Assembly: GCA_024137785.1 (NCBI GenBank)
Contig: JAHRHZ010000250.1
Location: 1,346,515 to 1,410,514 of the forward strand
Reading direction: 5' to 3'
DNA length: 64,000 bases
Source of the DNA: Ginglymostoma cirratum
Lineage: Eukaryota
In this document: positions 63,164-64,000 of the stretch, in pieces
Position numbering within the stretch: the first letter of the stretch is position 1
How the letters are laid out: each line of letters begins with the position of its first letter
Translations under genes and position numbers: made by a program
Notes under the pieces: generated by a model
Told to the model about the DNA's origin: nothing
Databases searched by the model: none
What the model saw: the letters and a program-made list of their open reading frames with translations, nothing else

Positions 63164-64000
63164 ATGAGATATAAAATATTTTGGCTTCTGAAATGCCAAT
63201 TCTTGTACTGCATATTCTTTTCTTGGAACCTAGTGTTTGGACAGATTCGCTACTCAATTCCTGAAGAACTGCAACTCGGCGCCTTTGTTGGGAATATCGC
63301 TGAGGATCTCAGCTTAGATGTAAAGCAGCTCTCGGCTCGCAATTTACGAATAGTAGCCGGGTCCAAAACACAACATGTGGATATAAATTTGGACATTGGC
63401 ATTTTAATGGTGACGAAAACAATTGACAGAGAGGTGATTTGCGGACCGAGCCTTAGTTGTGTGCTGAGCTTCAACGTTTTCCTTGAAAACCCTTTAAAGC
63501 TGTACCAGGTTGCAGTGAAGATTCTCGACGTAAATGACAATGCTCCTAGTTTCCCAAATACACAATTCCGCCTAGAAATCTCAGAGCTTTCTGTTCCTGG
63601 AACGCGCTTTCCACTCGAGCCCGCGCACGATCTGGACGTTGGAACCAACTCCGTGCAAACCTATGAGCTCCTTCCGAACGATTATTTTATTCTCGATGTA
63701 CAGATGCGCAGTGGTAATGTAAAATCCCCGGTATTAGTGCTGCAGAGTCCTTTGGATAGAGAAGCAGAAACCAGCCACAAATTAACGTTGATAGCCAAGG
63801 ACGGCGGAGTGCCCATGAGATCGGGCATGGTTCAGATCTCGATAATTGTAAATGATGCAAACGACAATGCTCCCGTCTTCTCCCAGTCAGTTTACAGAGT
63901 CAGTCTGTTAGAGAATGTAGCCACAGGAACGCAGGTAATCATATTAAATGCCACTGACTTGGACGATGGTCCCAATGGAGAGATAAGCTACTCATTTGGT
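63164..64000 (+). CDS. Clustered protocadherin variable exon (unit 10), 5' part, truncated by window end
   Basis: MRYKIFWLLKCQFLYCIFFSWNLVFGQIRYSIPEE... colinear without indels with unit 9 at an offset of 8160; absent from ORF track because no stop is reached. Confidence 0.9.
   Translation, partial: MRYKIFWLLKCQFLYCIFFSWNLVFGQIRYSIPEELQLGAFVGNIAEDLSLDVKQLSARNLRIVAGSKTQHVDINLDIGILMVTKTIDREVICGPSLSCVLSFNVFLENPLKLYQVAVKILDVNDNAPSFPNTQFRLEISELSVPGTRFPLEPAHDLDVGTNSVQTYELLPNDYFILDVQMRSGNVKSPVLVLQSPLDREAETSHKLTLIAKDGGVPMRSGMVQISIIVNDANDNAPVFSQSVYRVSLLENVATGTQVIILNATDLDDGPNGEISYSFG

Noticed and set aside
14841-63648. Recurrent antisense and alternative-frame ORFs over the Pcdh exons (e.g. 14841-15062, 28812-29111, 36227-36964, 55090-55380, 63250-63648)
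   Set aside because: Shadows of paralogous coding sequence with variable ends; no independent coding signal
1-64000. cPcdh constant exons and a specific subcluster gene symbol
   Set aside because: No constant-region peptide recognised in the window; subcluster cannot be assigned without phylogeny

Overview
Vertebrate genomic DNA, most likely from a shark (inferred from HE1/V-SINE, CR1-type LINE and Penelope-like repeat content). The window is the variable region of a clustered protocadherin (cPcdh) locus: ten tandem + strand variable-exon units. Five exons are complete and intact (ATG at 14755, 28726, 36343, 45020, 55004), one is intact but runs off the window end (63164), one carries a single nonsense codon (9068), two are decayed pseudo-exons (1058, ~21545) and one is an internal fragment (~51035). 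Each full exon encodes signal peptide, six cadherin repeats, TM and a variable cytoplasmic segment and ends at a phase-0 AG|GT donor; no constant exons were recognised here. Each unit is preceded by a conserved ~250-400 bp promoter/leader cassette. Most notable: a conserved out-of-frame uORF overlapping the start codon of the intact exons, a near-identical paralog pair whose differences cluster at probable trans-recognition positions, an orphan promoter, and Penelope-like insertions with long inverted arms or a telomeric-repeat junction. Coordinates and identities were read by hand; TE family names and comparisons to mammalian work are from recognition and recall, not database searches.
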